The translations under genes and the position numbers were made by a program. A stretch of 64,000 nucleotides of DNA from Spirochaetota bacterium (GTDB taxonomy: Bacteria > Spirochaetota > UBA4802 > UBA5550), in the NCBI GenBank assembly GCA_050298055.1, contig JBNKTL010000001.1, positions 102,979 through 166,978 of the forward strand. Direction: 5' to 3'. Shown piece after piece: positions 22,244-31,822 of this stretch; within the stretch, counting starts at the first letter, position 1, and each line of letters opens with the position of its first letter. The notes under the pieces were generated by a model. That model was given only the letters and a program-made list of their open reading frames with translations, did not search any database and was not told the DNA's origin.

Positions 22244-22972
22244 ATGAAATATTTAAACAGGATAAATTTTTTTCTGGCAGTTCTTATTTTCATCACCGCG
22301 GCCGGTACTCTCCATGGATACGAACTTGATTTTTCATTTATCGGTGCGGAACTTGTTAAAAAGGAAGCGGCACGTGAAGTTTATCGAAAAAAAAGCGGTT
22401 CCCTGATCTACAAATATAAAGACAGGGAGGAGGCGCATCTCAGTGACGGTACGCGGATAATCAGGTTCGGCAACGGGAAGAGGGAGGTCTATCCCCCCGA
22501 TGGAGTGAAGATCTATATCAATTATGACGGGTCGGTAAAGTACGTCTATCCTGACGGAAAAGAGAAATTAATATCCATGGATGGAGTCACACCCTTTGGC
22601 GTAAAGATCATGCGTGAAAACAGGACCATCCGCAGGAATAAAATACAGGTCCATATTATATACTCCGCAGAGATGTCCGATGACATTATGAGCAAGTATG
22701 TGAAGAATTTCTATGACGAACTGGCCAAACATGCCCATCTCATTGTCTACAAGAAAAAGGTCAGGGGCAGGGAGATTAAAATTGTTCTCTCAAACTGCAG
22801 GTTTGGAAGAACGGGTTACTGCCGGAGAAACAACAGGAAGGGGCTGGATATTATCGGGTACCGGGACGGGAAGAAAGAGAAGGTTATTTCCGTTAAGGAG
22901 AGTGATATCTATGATAAGAAAAAATATCAGAAAGCAGCAAGGAGCATTGTTGAGACGATGCTTTTGAAGTAG
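22244..22972 (+). CDS. Hypothetical exported protein with short xDG beta-hairpin repeats
   Basis: Signal peptide; SDG/GNG/PDG/YDG/PDG turns at about 9-residue spacing. Confidence 0.55.
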   Translation: MKYLNRINFFLAVLIFITAAGTLHGYELDFSFIGAELVKKEAAREVYRKKSGSLIYKYKDREEAHLSDGTRIIRFGNGKREVYPPDGVKIYINYDGSVKYVYPDGKEKLISMDGVTPFGVKIMRENRTIRRNKIQVHIIYSAEMSDDIMSKYVKNFYDELAKHAHLIVYKKKVRGREIKIVLSNCRFGRTGYCRRNNRKGLDIIGYRDGKKEKVISVKESDIYDKKKYQKAARSIVETMLLK

Positions 22973-23279
22973 AGTTCGATTTCATCCCCTGACTCACATT
23001 TCCCTGCCAACCTGAGTTCTTCCCCCATTTAGCACTTAATGGTGCGTTCGGAGTCTTTCCTCAATTCTTTTTTCTATTTTAAGAATAAAGACGAAAAACA
23101 GGGATTTGTGAAAGGGCCAGATATCTCTGTTGAATCTGAATTATTAGCAAGCACAACGCCTTCATATGGCGCAGCGAGGCCAATAAAGACTTGAAAGAGT
23201 AAAGCTTTTTAAGAAATTGGTAACAGAACGAAAAAGTTTAAACCAAAACACTATATTGCTATTGATAAAAAGAGGACAT

Positions 23280-24131
23280 ATGGATCATTTTAACGGAACC
23301 GTCGATTACGTCATCTCCCCCCAGCTCAGGGACAGTGTTAATGTCTCAATTTCCCTGGGAAGACCTCTCCTGGTAAAGGGAGAGCCGGGTACCGGGAAGA
23401 CACTTCTGGCCCATTCAATCGCCAGGGGCCTGGGTAAAAAACTCTATATATGGAATGTTAAATCCACAACCAAGGCAAAGGAAGGTCTCTACGTATACGA
23501 TACTGTGCAGAGGCTCAATGACGCCCGTTTCGGTGACGGGGATATATCGGATATCAGGAACTATATCAAGCTGGGAAAGCTGGGGGAGGCCTTTCATTCC
23601 GAAGAGCAGGTGGTCCTTCTCATAGACGAGATCGACAAGGCCGAGCTTGAATTTCCCAACGACCTGCTCAACGAGATCGATGAAATGAGCTTCTCTGTCC
23701 ATGAAACCGGCGATGAGATCCGGGCAAAGCAGAGACCCATCGTCATCATAACCTCCAACAGTGAAAAAGAGCTTCCGGACCCTTTTCTGAGAAGGTGCAT
23801 CTTTCACTATATCGACTTTCCCGGGGAAGCGCTCATGGAGGAGATCGTCCGTGTCCACTATCCGGATATAGAAAAAAAGATCCTCACGGAAGCCCTTAAG
23901 AAGTTTTACATGATAAGGGAGTATGATATGTTGAGAAAAAAGCCCTCCACAAGTGAGCTCATCGACTGGGTCCAGGCGCTCATTGCCGGCGGGATTTCCC
24001 CAAAAAAAATAAAGGACGATATGCCGTTTCTGGGAACACTTCTGAAAAAGCAGGAAGATTTTGCTGTCATAGAGAACTCCGGTTCTCATCACTCTTACAA
24101 GACAAGCGGCAGGTCCCGCAGTGTTTATTGA
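23280..24131 (+). CDS. MoxR family AAA+ ATPase
   Basis: KGEPGTGKT, LLIDEIDKA, TSNSEKELPDPFLRRC, KKPSTSELIDW; start at ATG 23280 after AGAGGA. Confidence 0.92.
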   Translation: MDHFNGTVDYVISPQLRDSVNVSISLGRPLLVKGEPGTGKTLLAHSIARGLGKKLYIWNVKSTTKAKEGLYVYDTVQRLNDARFGDGDISDIRNYIKLGKLGEAFHSEEQVVLLIDEIDKAELEFPNDLLNEIDEMSFSVHETGDEIRAKQRPIVIITSNSEKELPDPFLRRCIFHYIDFPGEALMEEIVRVHYPDIEKKILTEALKKFYMIREYDMLRKKPSTSELIDWVQALIAGGISPKKIKDDMPFLGTLLKKQEDFAVIENSGSHHSYKTSGRSRSVY

Positions 24132-25314
24132 TTTCTTTTTTAACCTGAAGGCCGGGGGAGTTCCGGTCTCCCTCCATGAATGGCTCACTCTGCACCACGC
24201 CCTCTCCCTGAATCTCAACAGGTGCAGCCTCACACACTTCTACTATATTGCCCGGTCGGTCCTTGTGAAAAACGAGGTCTACTACGACAGGTTTGACATT
24301 GCTTTTCTTGATACATTTAAAGAGATAGAAACAACGGATGAGGTCCTGGAAAAGATACTCGAGGGGTTAAAGAAGGTCAAAGAACTGAAACTCTCCGAGG
24401 AAGAGAAGAAGGAGATGGAAGCCCTTGATTTTGATGAGATCCTCAAAAAGTTCGAGGAGCAGCTGGAAGGGGGCCATTATAAAAGTCATGTGGGCGGCAA
24501 CAAGCGTATCGGAACAGGGGGCAGGTCAACACAGGGCGCATGGGGATATAATCCCGCGGGAATAAGGATAGGACAGGGTGAGTCAAGGCACCGGAGGGCG
24601 GTTCAGGTTGCAGAGAAGAGGTCGTTCAGGAATTATTCAAGTTCCAGGACCCTGGATGTGAGACAGATGAGAGTGGCCCTTTCACACCTCAGGTCAATGC
24701 TTCCCGTAGGGGAAGGTGAGAACCTTGACCTTGATGAAACAATTGATGCCACATGTAAAAACGCCGGTGAGATTGAACTCAGGTGGGAAAAGTATGAAAA
24801 AAAAACATCAAAGGTCATACTCCTGATGGATACGGGGGGCTCCATGACGCCCTATGCAGAGCTTGTGGAAAGGCTCTTTTCAGCCGCTTCGTCCCAGATC
24901 TACAGGTTCAAGCACTTCTACTTTCACAACTGTCCTTACCAGCTCCTCTGGAAGGACATGGAGAGAAATGAATCTGTTTCCACTGCGGACTTTATCAGAA
25001 ATGAAGATGCTGACTATAAACTTATTCTTGTGGGTGACGCGTCTATGTCTCCTTTTGAACTTACCTGGACAAACGGTGCGGTGGAGTACTGGTATAATAA
25101 CGATATTCCCGGTGAGGTCTGGCTCCGGAAGATCAGGGAGCGGTTTCCCGATTCAATCTGGTTAAACCCCATCCCGGGAAGGGCCTGGAGCTATAACCAA
25201 ACGATCAGGATGATCGGAGACATCTTTCCCATGTTTGAGTTGACCCTTGACGGGATTGACGAGGGAGTAAAACAGTTACTTTCCGGAAAGGGGAGGCTGA
25301 AGCATGCATTATAG
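24121..25314 (+). CDS. VWA domain protein (CoxE-like), MoxR partner
   Basis: LDLDETIDAT, LLMDTGGSM, FYFHNC, VGDASM, WLNP; overlaps the MoxR gene. Confidence 0.85.
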   Translation: MFIDFFFNLKAGGVPVSLHEWLTLHHALSLNLNRCSLTHFYYIARSVLVKNEVYYDRFDIAFLDTFKEIETTDEVLEKILEGLKKVKELKLSEEEKKEMEALDFDEILKKFEEQLEGGHYKSHVGGNKRIGTGGRSTQGAWGYNPAGIRIGQGESRHRRAVQVAEKRSFRNYSSSRTLDVRQMRVALSHLRSMLPVGEGENLDLDETIDATCKNAGEIELRWEKYEKKTSKVILLMDTGGSMTPYAELVERLFSAASSQIYRFKHFYFHNCPYQLLWKDMERNESVSTADFIRNEDADYKLILVGDASMSPFELTWTNGAVEYWYNNDIPGEVWLRKIRERFPDSIWLNPIPGRAWSYNQTIRMIGDIFPMFELTLDGIDEGVKQLLSGKGRLKHAL

Positions 25315-26817
25315 TTCTTCCTCCCTGGTCTGTTCCTCATGTTTTTGCTGTACTATTTCATGAAGACGAGTAAACTTTTCAAAATCAGTAATACTGTATC
25401 TCTGAAGAACATCCTCTTCAATATATTCAAATGAGTACTTTTTGTTCTCGATTCCGCAGAGCTGGTTCGCAAGATAAACAATATAGATTATGTCAGTATA
25501 TTCTCCTCCTTCAGCATTAAGGGGGGCGTGGTGGTATTTAATGGAATCCACAATATAATTCGGGAGGTTCCACTTGCCCGCGATCATCTCACCGATTGTT
25601 GAGTGACTGATACCGATTGAAACCTCTTCAATGACAGTCGATGTCCTGAGCTCCCTTGATTTGGTAACTTCCGATATCCATTCGGAAAGACTGGAGTTTG
25701 TGGAGAGAAGAACGATCTTTCCCAGGTCGTGAAGAAGACCGGCCAGAAATACATTATCAATGATTTTTCCCTGTTTAAAAATGACAGCCAGTATTCTTGA
25801 GTATGAAGCGGTCCGTGTGCAGTGGTTCCATATCTGTTTAAAACTTGCATACCTTTCCTCCATTATTTTTCTGGCACTTGACGCGATAAGGAGAGAATTG
25901 AGGTGCTTCATACCGATAATCTTGATGGCATCATCAAGTTTTTCTGTCCTGTTCCGGTGAATGAACCCTGCCGAGTTAGCAAGCCTGAGTACCGATGCGG
26001 AAAGAGAGGGGTCCGCCTGTATCCTTACGGCAATCTTTTTTATGGTTATCTCCGGATCCCGGCACATCTTCTGAAGTTTTTCGATATTTTCGGGAAAAGT
26101 TGGCAGCTCTTCAACTTCATCCATTATCTGTTTCTGGATTTTTGTTGTTATTTCACCGGGATGAAGTTCAAAAGGGACTTTCAGGGCGGAGATGGTACGG
26201 GTCTTGTCTGAATTATATGTTAGAGAATTCTCCCCGATACCGGAGTTTCTCAGAAAAAGGATTGTGAGAAGGATTCCAAGGCCCTCTCCTTCTGAATCAT
26301 CAACAACCTCACCATAGACCTCCGAGAAATCATTATACTGTTTCGCTTTATTGATCCTTTCTCTGATCTTTTCAAGCTCATCAGGATGCATGGGTACGTT
26401 GTTTGATACGAATATATTTAAACCGTTTTTTTCATGCTTTATTTCAAGTGTAACCTTGTAACTGCTCTTTTTCAGGTCCTCTTCACACTGTCTCTGGTTC
26501 TTAGTGATGTATTCTTTAAAATTTATCATCCCTTGTGAATAGTCAATTTCATTGTTAATATCGAGGCTTTTGCTCATAAAATAGGTCCTCTTTGAATTGG
26601 CCTTCACGGCATTGACAATAAGTTCTCTGAGTACGGTGATGATTGTACTCTGGAGAAATACGATGTTGTTCCGGGAGAGGATCTTGGTAAAGAGTGAACT
26701 GATAAAGTGAATAATATCCTTGTTGTAGTAGTGAAAAGAAAGCCTGATGTTTTTTCCCTCATTCAATCTTGAAGACAACTGGGATGTTTGGGATGCTATT
26801 TTCTCAAATTTATTCAT
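25309..26817 (-). CDS. HATPase-like plus HDOD domain signalling protein
   Basis: RELIVNAVKAN and GEGLG in the N-half; LPTFP, DPSL...LRLANS, AGLLHDLGK, WNLP, YHH in the C-half. Confidence 0.85.
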   Translation of the reverse strand: MNKFEKIASQTSQLSSRLNEGKNIRLSFHYYNKDIIHFISSLFTKILSRNNIVFLQSTIITVLRELIVNAVKANSKRTYFMSKSLDINNEIDYSQGMINFKEYITKNQRQCEEDLKKSSYKVTLEIKHEKNGLNIFVSNNVPMHPDELEKIRERINKAKQYNDFSEVYGEVVDDSEGEGLGILLTILFLRNSGIGENSLTYNSDKTRTISALKVPFELHPGEITTKIQKQIMDEVEELPTFPENIEKLQKMCRDPEITIKKIAVRIQADPSLSASVLRLANSAGFIHRNRTEKLDDAIKIIGMKHLNSLLIASSARKIMEERYASFKQIWNHCTRTASYSRILAVIFKQGKIIDNVFLAGLLHDLGKIVLLSTNSSLSEWISEVTKSRELRTSTVIEEVSIGISHSTIGEMIAGKWNLPNYIVDSIKYHHAPLNAEGGEYTDIIYIVYLANQLCGIENKKYSFEYIEEDVLQRYSITDFEKFTRLHEIVQQKHEEQTREEEL

Positions 26818-27097
26818 CGGGCTATGAAACAGGCAGTTCCTTTTTCAGTTTAAAATCGCAGTAAGAATCAATATAAAATCATATGAAAATAAAAGTTAAA
26901 AAAACTCAATTATACTTCATAATGAAAAATAATTCTATCACGATGTTTTCGGCGGCGAAAACAAATCAGTTCATTATGTGAATTTTATCATTTATCTGTG
27001 ATTTTGTCAATAGAATGTGTAATGAGTGTTTCATAAATGATATTTATTATTATTGACAATTAACTCAATGAAAACTATTCATTATAAATATTTTTAT

Positions 27098-27178
27098 CAA
27101 TTACTCAGCTATTTGGTTAAATATAAATATTCAATAAAATATCAATAATATCCCTTCCGGCGAAGACGGCGGGGATAT
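27098..27178. mobile_element. MITE-like family A copy 2 (left arm plus hairpin)
   Basis: CAATTACTCAGCT end; hairpin ATATCCCTTCCGGCGAAGACGGCGGGGATAT at ~27148-27178. Confidence 0.55.
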
Positions 27179-27202
27179 ACAAAAATCCAAAGTTGCAATA
27201 AA

Positions 27203-28300
27203 ATGCCAGGAATAGTAACCCACAATCATATATTCAAACATTCAGTGAAACTTCTGAGCAGCAGAAAAAAGAGGTCATATATACTTAATTCCCTCAGAGC
27301 ACTTTTCAAAACAAGTGAGTTTTACAATGCAGCTCTCTTTGGTTCCCTGGGACCAAATATTTTTGATTATATTCCAAAAAGGAATGAAAAAAGTTATTTT
27401 GGTCACAATGCATCATTCTTTCTTCATGACGGCGGATTATACAGGTTTCTGCTTGATATGGTAAACAGGATATACCTGTATAAGGACAAAAACAATGAAT
27501 GGGCGGCAATGCAGAGGGCGTATCTCTATGGACTGATATCTCATACAATAGCAGATACTCTCTATCACCCTTTTATGTTTTACTGGTCCGGTTTTCCCGA
27601 TTCATATAACAGGAAGGAGATTAATTATTTCAGGGAGCAGAATCTTCTTTTTACCTACAACCTGGACAATTATTACAGTACATGTGATGACAGGGTTGAG
27701 TTTAAACTTGAAGAGATGCTTCCTGTAAAGATGTTCGGTAAAAAAATGAGACTCAAAGAGCCGTTAAAACAGTTGATTCTTGAAACTCTCAGCGATGTCT
27801 ATCCGGAGATATTTAAAGACCTGATACTGAAAAGGCAGCCCGGAATAAAGAAGGAGAGTACTGATTTGATAACAATTAGGTGTTACCTGGATTATCTTCC
27901 CTTTCTGATCAAGAAAACATATTGGTTAAAGCATACGGAGAACAAGAAGGTTATCTCAATACTGAAAATGGCAAAAAAAAGAGACTTCTTTAATATCGAT
28001 TTTACAACCAGGTATCCTCAGAAAAGGTATATCAATAACCATATTCTGAATTTACACAGGGAAGCATGGAAGTATCCATCGGGAAAACCGGGCAACCATT
28101 ATGAGTCTGTAGACCACCTGATGAAGACTTCATGTGAACAAACAGTGGAGATATGGGAAAGGATCGAGGAGAGTCTCTGGGGAAATAATGATACCGGGGT
28201 TTTGGAAAAATTTAAAGCTAATATGTATACGGGTGAAGAGGGTATCAGTTATTATGATATGAAAGAGAAGAATCCGGTGAAGCTGGTATTAAGGTTTTAG
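27203..28300 (+). CDS. Zinc-dependent phospholipase C family-like protein
   Basis: MPGIVTH N-terminus, GSLGPN, LHD, GLISHTIADTLYHP. Confidence 0.65.
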   Translation: MPGIVTHNHIFKHSVKLLSSRKKRSYILNSLRALFKTSEFYNAALFGSLGPNIFDYIPKRNEKSYFGHNASFFLHDGGLYRFLLDMVNRIYLYKDKNNEWAAMQRAYLYGLISHTIADTLYHPFMFYWSGFPDSYNRKEINYFREQNLLFTYNLDNYYSTCDDRVEFKLEEMLPVKMFGKKMRLKEPLKQLILETLSDVYPEIFKDLILKRQPGIKKESTDLITIRCYLDYLPFLIKKTYWLKHTENKKVISILKMAKKRDFFNIDFTTRYPQKRYINNHILNLHREAWKYPSGKPGNHYESVDHLMKTSCEQTVEIWERIEESLWGNNDTGVLEKFKANMYTGEEGISYYDMKEKNPVKLVLRF

Positions 28301-28314
28301 GAAAGAGTCCCTCA

Positions 28315-29409
28315 TTATTTCAGGTTGTGAAGTATTTTAAAAAAATGTTTTTTTGATACCTTCTTTAACCAATCTTCATTCAAGTATTTGATTTTTCCCG
28401 GATTATCAACGATATCCGCATTGCCGGAACTCTCAGAAATATATTTCACAAAATTCATGGCGGCAATTCTGTGTGGATTTATTGAATTGTAATTCAGGTA
28501 GCTGTACATTACGGAAATGCCAAGATAGGGATTTGAAAAGATTGTACTTGCCAGGGAGAGCTCTTCCCCTTTTACCTGGTCATAGTAGTTATACCTGTTG
28601 TTCAGGTACTTATGGGTCAGTTCATGGACAACAAACATCTCCCATATCTTCTGCTTTATTGTTGATTTGTTCCTGAATGCCTTTGAGAGACAGTATTTAA
28701 TGTCATCGGTGATCCGTGATCCTACAAAGAACAGAGAGTTTACATCGGCGTTTTCCAGGATCTTTTTTGCAATAAGATAATCATTGAGGACCTCTTCAGA
28801 GTTGATGTATATCATGTCAAAGTAAAAAGTTGAATTGCTTGTTGAAAATTCGTCATAGTATATATAGGGCTGGATGTTGTAGATCTTACCTTTAACCTTC
28901 AGGAGCGGATGCTTGATCTTGATGAGGTATTTTTTCCCATATATGCAGTAGTCAAGAACGACCCTCCTGTTACCCTGGTTCTTATCCCGGGAAAACTTCA
29001 GGATAATATTTCTGTTTAACAGTGATCTTTCAAGGGATGTAAGTTTATCATCATTATAACTTCCCGGTTCAAGATATACTTTGAGCAGGATCTCTGCAAG
29101 GGTTTTCAGGTTTTTTTTCCTGATTGTTTTCATGTAGTTCTTATATTCCTTAATATTGAAACCCTCATTACCAATGATCTTCATGGGAATGCTGTCTTTC
29201 TGTATCAGGTTAACAAAATGAGGGTTTTCGTTAAAGAGGAGAACCACATAGGCATAGAACATACCATTGGTGTTCTTAATACTCAGTTTTTCATAGGGGA
29301 TTACATCGGGAATATTACTATGAGGAAGGGAGGCATATAATCCCGAAACGTCCGCAACGAATGAAAGCATCAGAGCTGTTATGAAAGATTTTAAAAGATA
29401 TTTTTTCAT
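28315..29409 (-). CDS. Hypothetical exported protein with HExxH motif
   Basis: Signal peptide; VHELTH followed by GEE. Confidence 0.55.
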   Translation of the reverse strand: MKKYLLKSFITALMLSFVADVSGLYASLPHSNIPDVIPYEKLSIKNTNGMFYAYVVLLFNENPHFVNLIQKDSIPMKIIGNEGFNIKEYKNYMKTIRKKNLKTLAEILLKVYLEPGSYNDDKLTSLERSLLNRNIILKFSRDKNQGNRRVVLDYCIYGKKYLIKIKHPLLKVKGKIYNIQPYIYYDEFSTSNSTFYFDMIYINSEEVLNDYLIAKKILENADVNSLFFVGSRITDDIKYCLSKAFRNKSTIKQKIWEMFVVHELTHKYLNNRYNYYDQVKGEELSLASTIFSNPYLGISVMYSYLNYNSINPHRIAAMNFVKYISESSGNADIVDNPGKIKYLNEDWLKKVSKKHFFKILHNLK

Positions 29410-29676
29410 GATTAAAATTATCAGGATATAATATACACACTGAGCGAAAGAAATCTATAAAACTTTTATTTTTTTTGAAAAAAGTAGAAAAGATATCCTG
29501 CTCGTACTTCAACTGCGTTATTTTTAACTAATCACGATTGGTTAACTGCTGGAATCTCTAACATTTAAGAGAATCTTATTGATGCAAAATCACGCGGTCT
29601 CAGCACGAGTATAGAGTGTAAACTATTTATTTTAGCAGGGATTTATCTGCGAGGTTTTGATGACAGGGGGATATCA

Positions 29677-30324
29677 TTACCTTCTATAACCTTTTAACGC
29701 GTAGAGCTGTCTGAATGCCGGCTTTCCTTCGCTGTCAAAGACCAGGACAGCCACCTCATTAAAAAAGAAGTAGTTATTCCTGTAACGGCTCAGGTGAGTT
29801 GAACGTATTATCATGTTATCTTTAAGGTGATAAGGTTTCCCTGTTTCAGGATTTGTTCCCGCTTTGGGGTTTTTGGGAAACTTGACAAGTTTTACCACGT
29901 CTCTGCCTTTTTTGTCTTTTTTGATATTGCCTTTTCGGTCAAAATCCGGGTATTCGAAGTTCTTTAAATCAAAGGGATAAGGAACAAAGGACCTGACCCT
30001 CTCCTTTTTGGGAATCGGTGTCTGAAAGCTTGTTCTTCCTCTCCATTTAACTTCATAAGTGGCTATGATAAAGATATAGAGATCCTGCGGTTCATCGACC
30101 AGGTTGTTAATCATGAATTCCACTTCAAGAACATCTCCCTTTCCCCCCCAGTCAATCCTCTTATTAAAGTAAACATTTTTAATTTTGAAGTTGTTACTGT
30201 ATTGTGACTGAACGGGAATGGCAGACTTGATAAACCCTGCATCCGACTTCTTTTCCTTTTTTGGCTGAGAATAGATTACAAGGGGTGTTGCTGTAATGAT
30301 AATTAATAATAGCTTTCTGACCAT
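29677..30324 (-). CDS. Hypothetical exported protein
   Basis: 215-aa ORF with signal peptide, filling the gap between neighbouring genes. Confidence 0.6.
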   Translation of the reverse strand: MVRKLLLIIITATPLVIYSQPKKEKKSDAGFIKSAIPVQSQYSNNFKIKNVYFNKRIDWGGKGDVLEVEFMINNLVDEPQDLYIFIIATYEVKWRGRTSFQTPIPKKERVRSFVPYPFDLKNFEYPDFDRKGNIKKDKKGRDVVKLVKFPKNPKAGTNPETGKPYHLKDNMIIRSTHLSRYRNNYFFFNEVAVLVFDSEGKPAFRQLYALKGYRR

Positions 30325-30471
30325 ATCTCTTCCCCGGGTTTATAATACTATATTTATCATCGGAAACACTATTCATTACCTGAATAATAAATTTACCCCG
30401 GACCTCATCAGGAGAATCCCTGATATTTTAAAATAATTTTATTCCTGAAAAACGGAATAAGAAATAAGAAA

Positions 30472-30981
30472 CTATTCTTTCACATGGCAGGAGAGGACTT
30501 CACCTATGTACATCCTGTGATAATCATTGTTTGGGTAGTTTTTATCAATATCCGGATCAAGGAAAAGCTCCGGTTTAATGTCCTGGGCATAGATCTTTCT
30601 GCACTCGACTATCAGCCGGGCCTCTTTAAAGGAGACCGAACCGGCAGAAGATTCAACAGGAGAGAGTCCTGCTTCGGAGACCTTGTCGGTGTCCCTTCCC
30701 GACCGGGAGCCGCATATTTTCAGGATGTTCCTTTGAGTTTCGGGAAAAAATGAGAGTGTGAAGAGACCGGTCTTTTCAATAAATTCATAGGTATAGCGTG
30801 TGGGCCTGATGTATATCGTGCAGACATTCTTGTGCCAGAGAACGCCGACTCCACCCCATGATGCTGTCATGGTGTTGAAAGAATTCATTTTTCCTGCTGT
30901 TATGAGCATCCAGTCTTTTCCGATAAGCCTGAATGGATTTTCGTTAAGGTCCTCAGGTTTTATCTCAGTATAACCTGTCAT
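30472..30981 (-). CDS. Flavin reductase / flavoredoxin family protein
   Basis: WMLITAG, NTMTASWG, RPTRYT, CGSRSGRDTDK, HRMYIGEV. Confidence 0.88.
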   Translation of the reverse strand: MTGYTEIKPEDLNENPFRLIGKDWMLITAGKMNSFNTMTASWGGVGVLWHKNVCTIYIRPTRYTYEFIEKTGLFTLSFFPETQRNILKICGSRSGRDTDKVSEAGLSPVESSAGSVSFKEARLIVECRKIYAQDIKPELFLDPDIDKNYPNNDYHRMYIGEVLSCHVKE

Positions 30982-30993
30982 TTTTCCTCCTTT

Positions 30994-31740
30994 TTATCCC
31001 TGCTTTTCAAGGATCTCCTTTGTGAGGTTCATGTAATCGGTTGCCCCGTTGCTGTCAGGTTTATACTCAAATATGGTTTTACCCCAGCTCGGCGCCTCCT
31101 GGAGGGCCACATTGTCACGAATGAGAGTTTTAAAGAGTTTTCCCGGAAGCCTTTTCTTTGTTTCATCGATGACTTCCTGGTTGATGGTTTTCTTAGCGTT
31201 GTACATTGTTCCGATGATTCCTGAGATTTCAATATGCTTATTCAGCCGTTTCTTTACCATCTGTACGCCCTCAAAGAGGTTGTACATCCCGTGAAAGGGA
31301 AGAAACTGTACCTGCAGGGGAACAAAAATCTCATTGGAAAAGGTCAGCGCATTGAGTGTCAGCACGCCAAGAGAGGGAGGACAATCAACCAGAACATAGT
31401 CGAAGCTGTTCATTTTCTCCAGGGCGTCTTTCAGAAGAAACTCCTTTGCCGGAATGGGAAGAAACTCAAGTCCCTTGAGATCGGAGTTTGCGGGAATAAT
31501 TGATATACCGTTCCTGTTTATCAGGGCATCTTCATAGTGGACATCACCTTTAAGGACATCAAACACCGATTTCTTTATTTTGTTGGGGTTGTAGCCGAAG
31601 TGATAGGTTGACTGGGCCTGGTGGTCCATATCTACAACCAGGACCTTTTTCTCCATAAGGTGGAGCCCTGCCGCAAGATTTACCGTGGTGGTTGTTTTCC
31701 CAACACCACCTTTGTTGTTAGAAATTGCAATTTTTCTCAT
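30994..31740 (-). CDS. parA: ParA/Soj family ATPase
   Basis: NNKGGVGKTTT, VDMDHQ, DCPPSLG, IRDNVALQEAPS.G. Confidence 0.9.
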   Translation of the reverse strand: MRKIAISNNKGGVGKTTTTVNLAAGLHLMEKKVLVVDMDHQAQSTYHFGYNPNKIKKSVFDVLKGDVHYEDALINRNGISIIPANSDLKGLEFLPIPAKEFLLKDALEKMNSFDYVLVDCPPSLGVLTLNALTFSNEIFVPLQVQFLPFHGMYNLFEGVQMVKKRLNKHIEISGIIGTMYNAKKTINQEVIDETKKRLPGKLFKTLIRDNVALQEAPSWGKTIFEYKPDSNGATDYMNLTKEILEKQG

Positions 31741-31822
31741 AGAAGATATCCAGAATGGCTTATATTGAAATCACTGCTCTTTTATGTCAACGAGAAAAGC
31801 AGGAGCGGTTTTATCAATGTTT

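Noticed and set aside
23140..23215. GCACAAC... sequence resembling an attC end
   Set aside because: No matching GTTRRRY partner or extended palindrome found.
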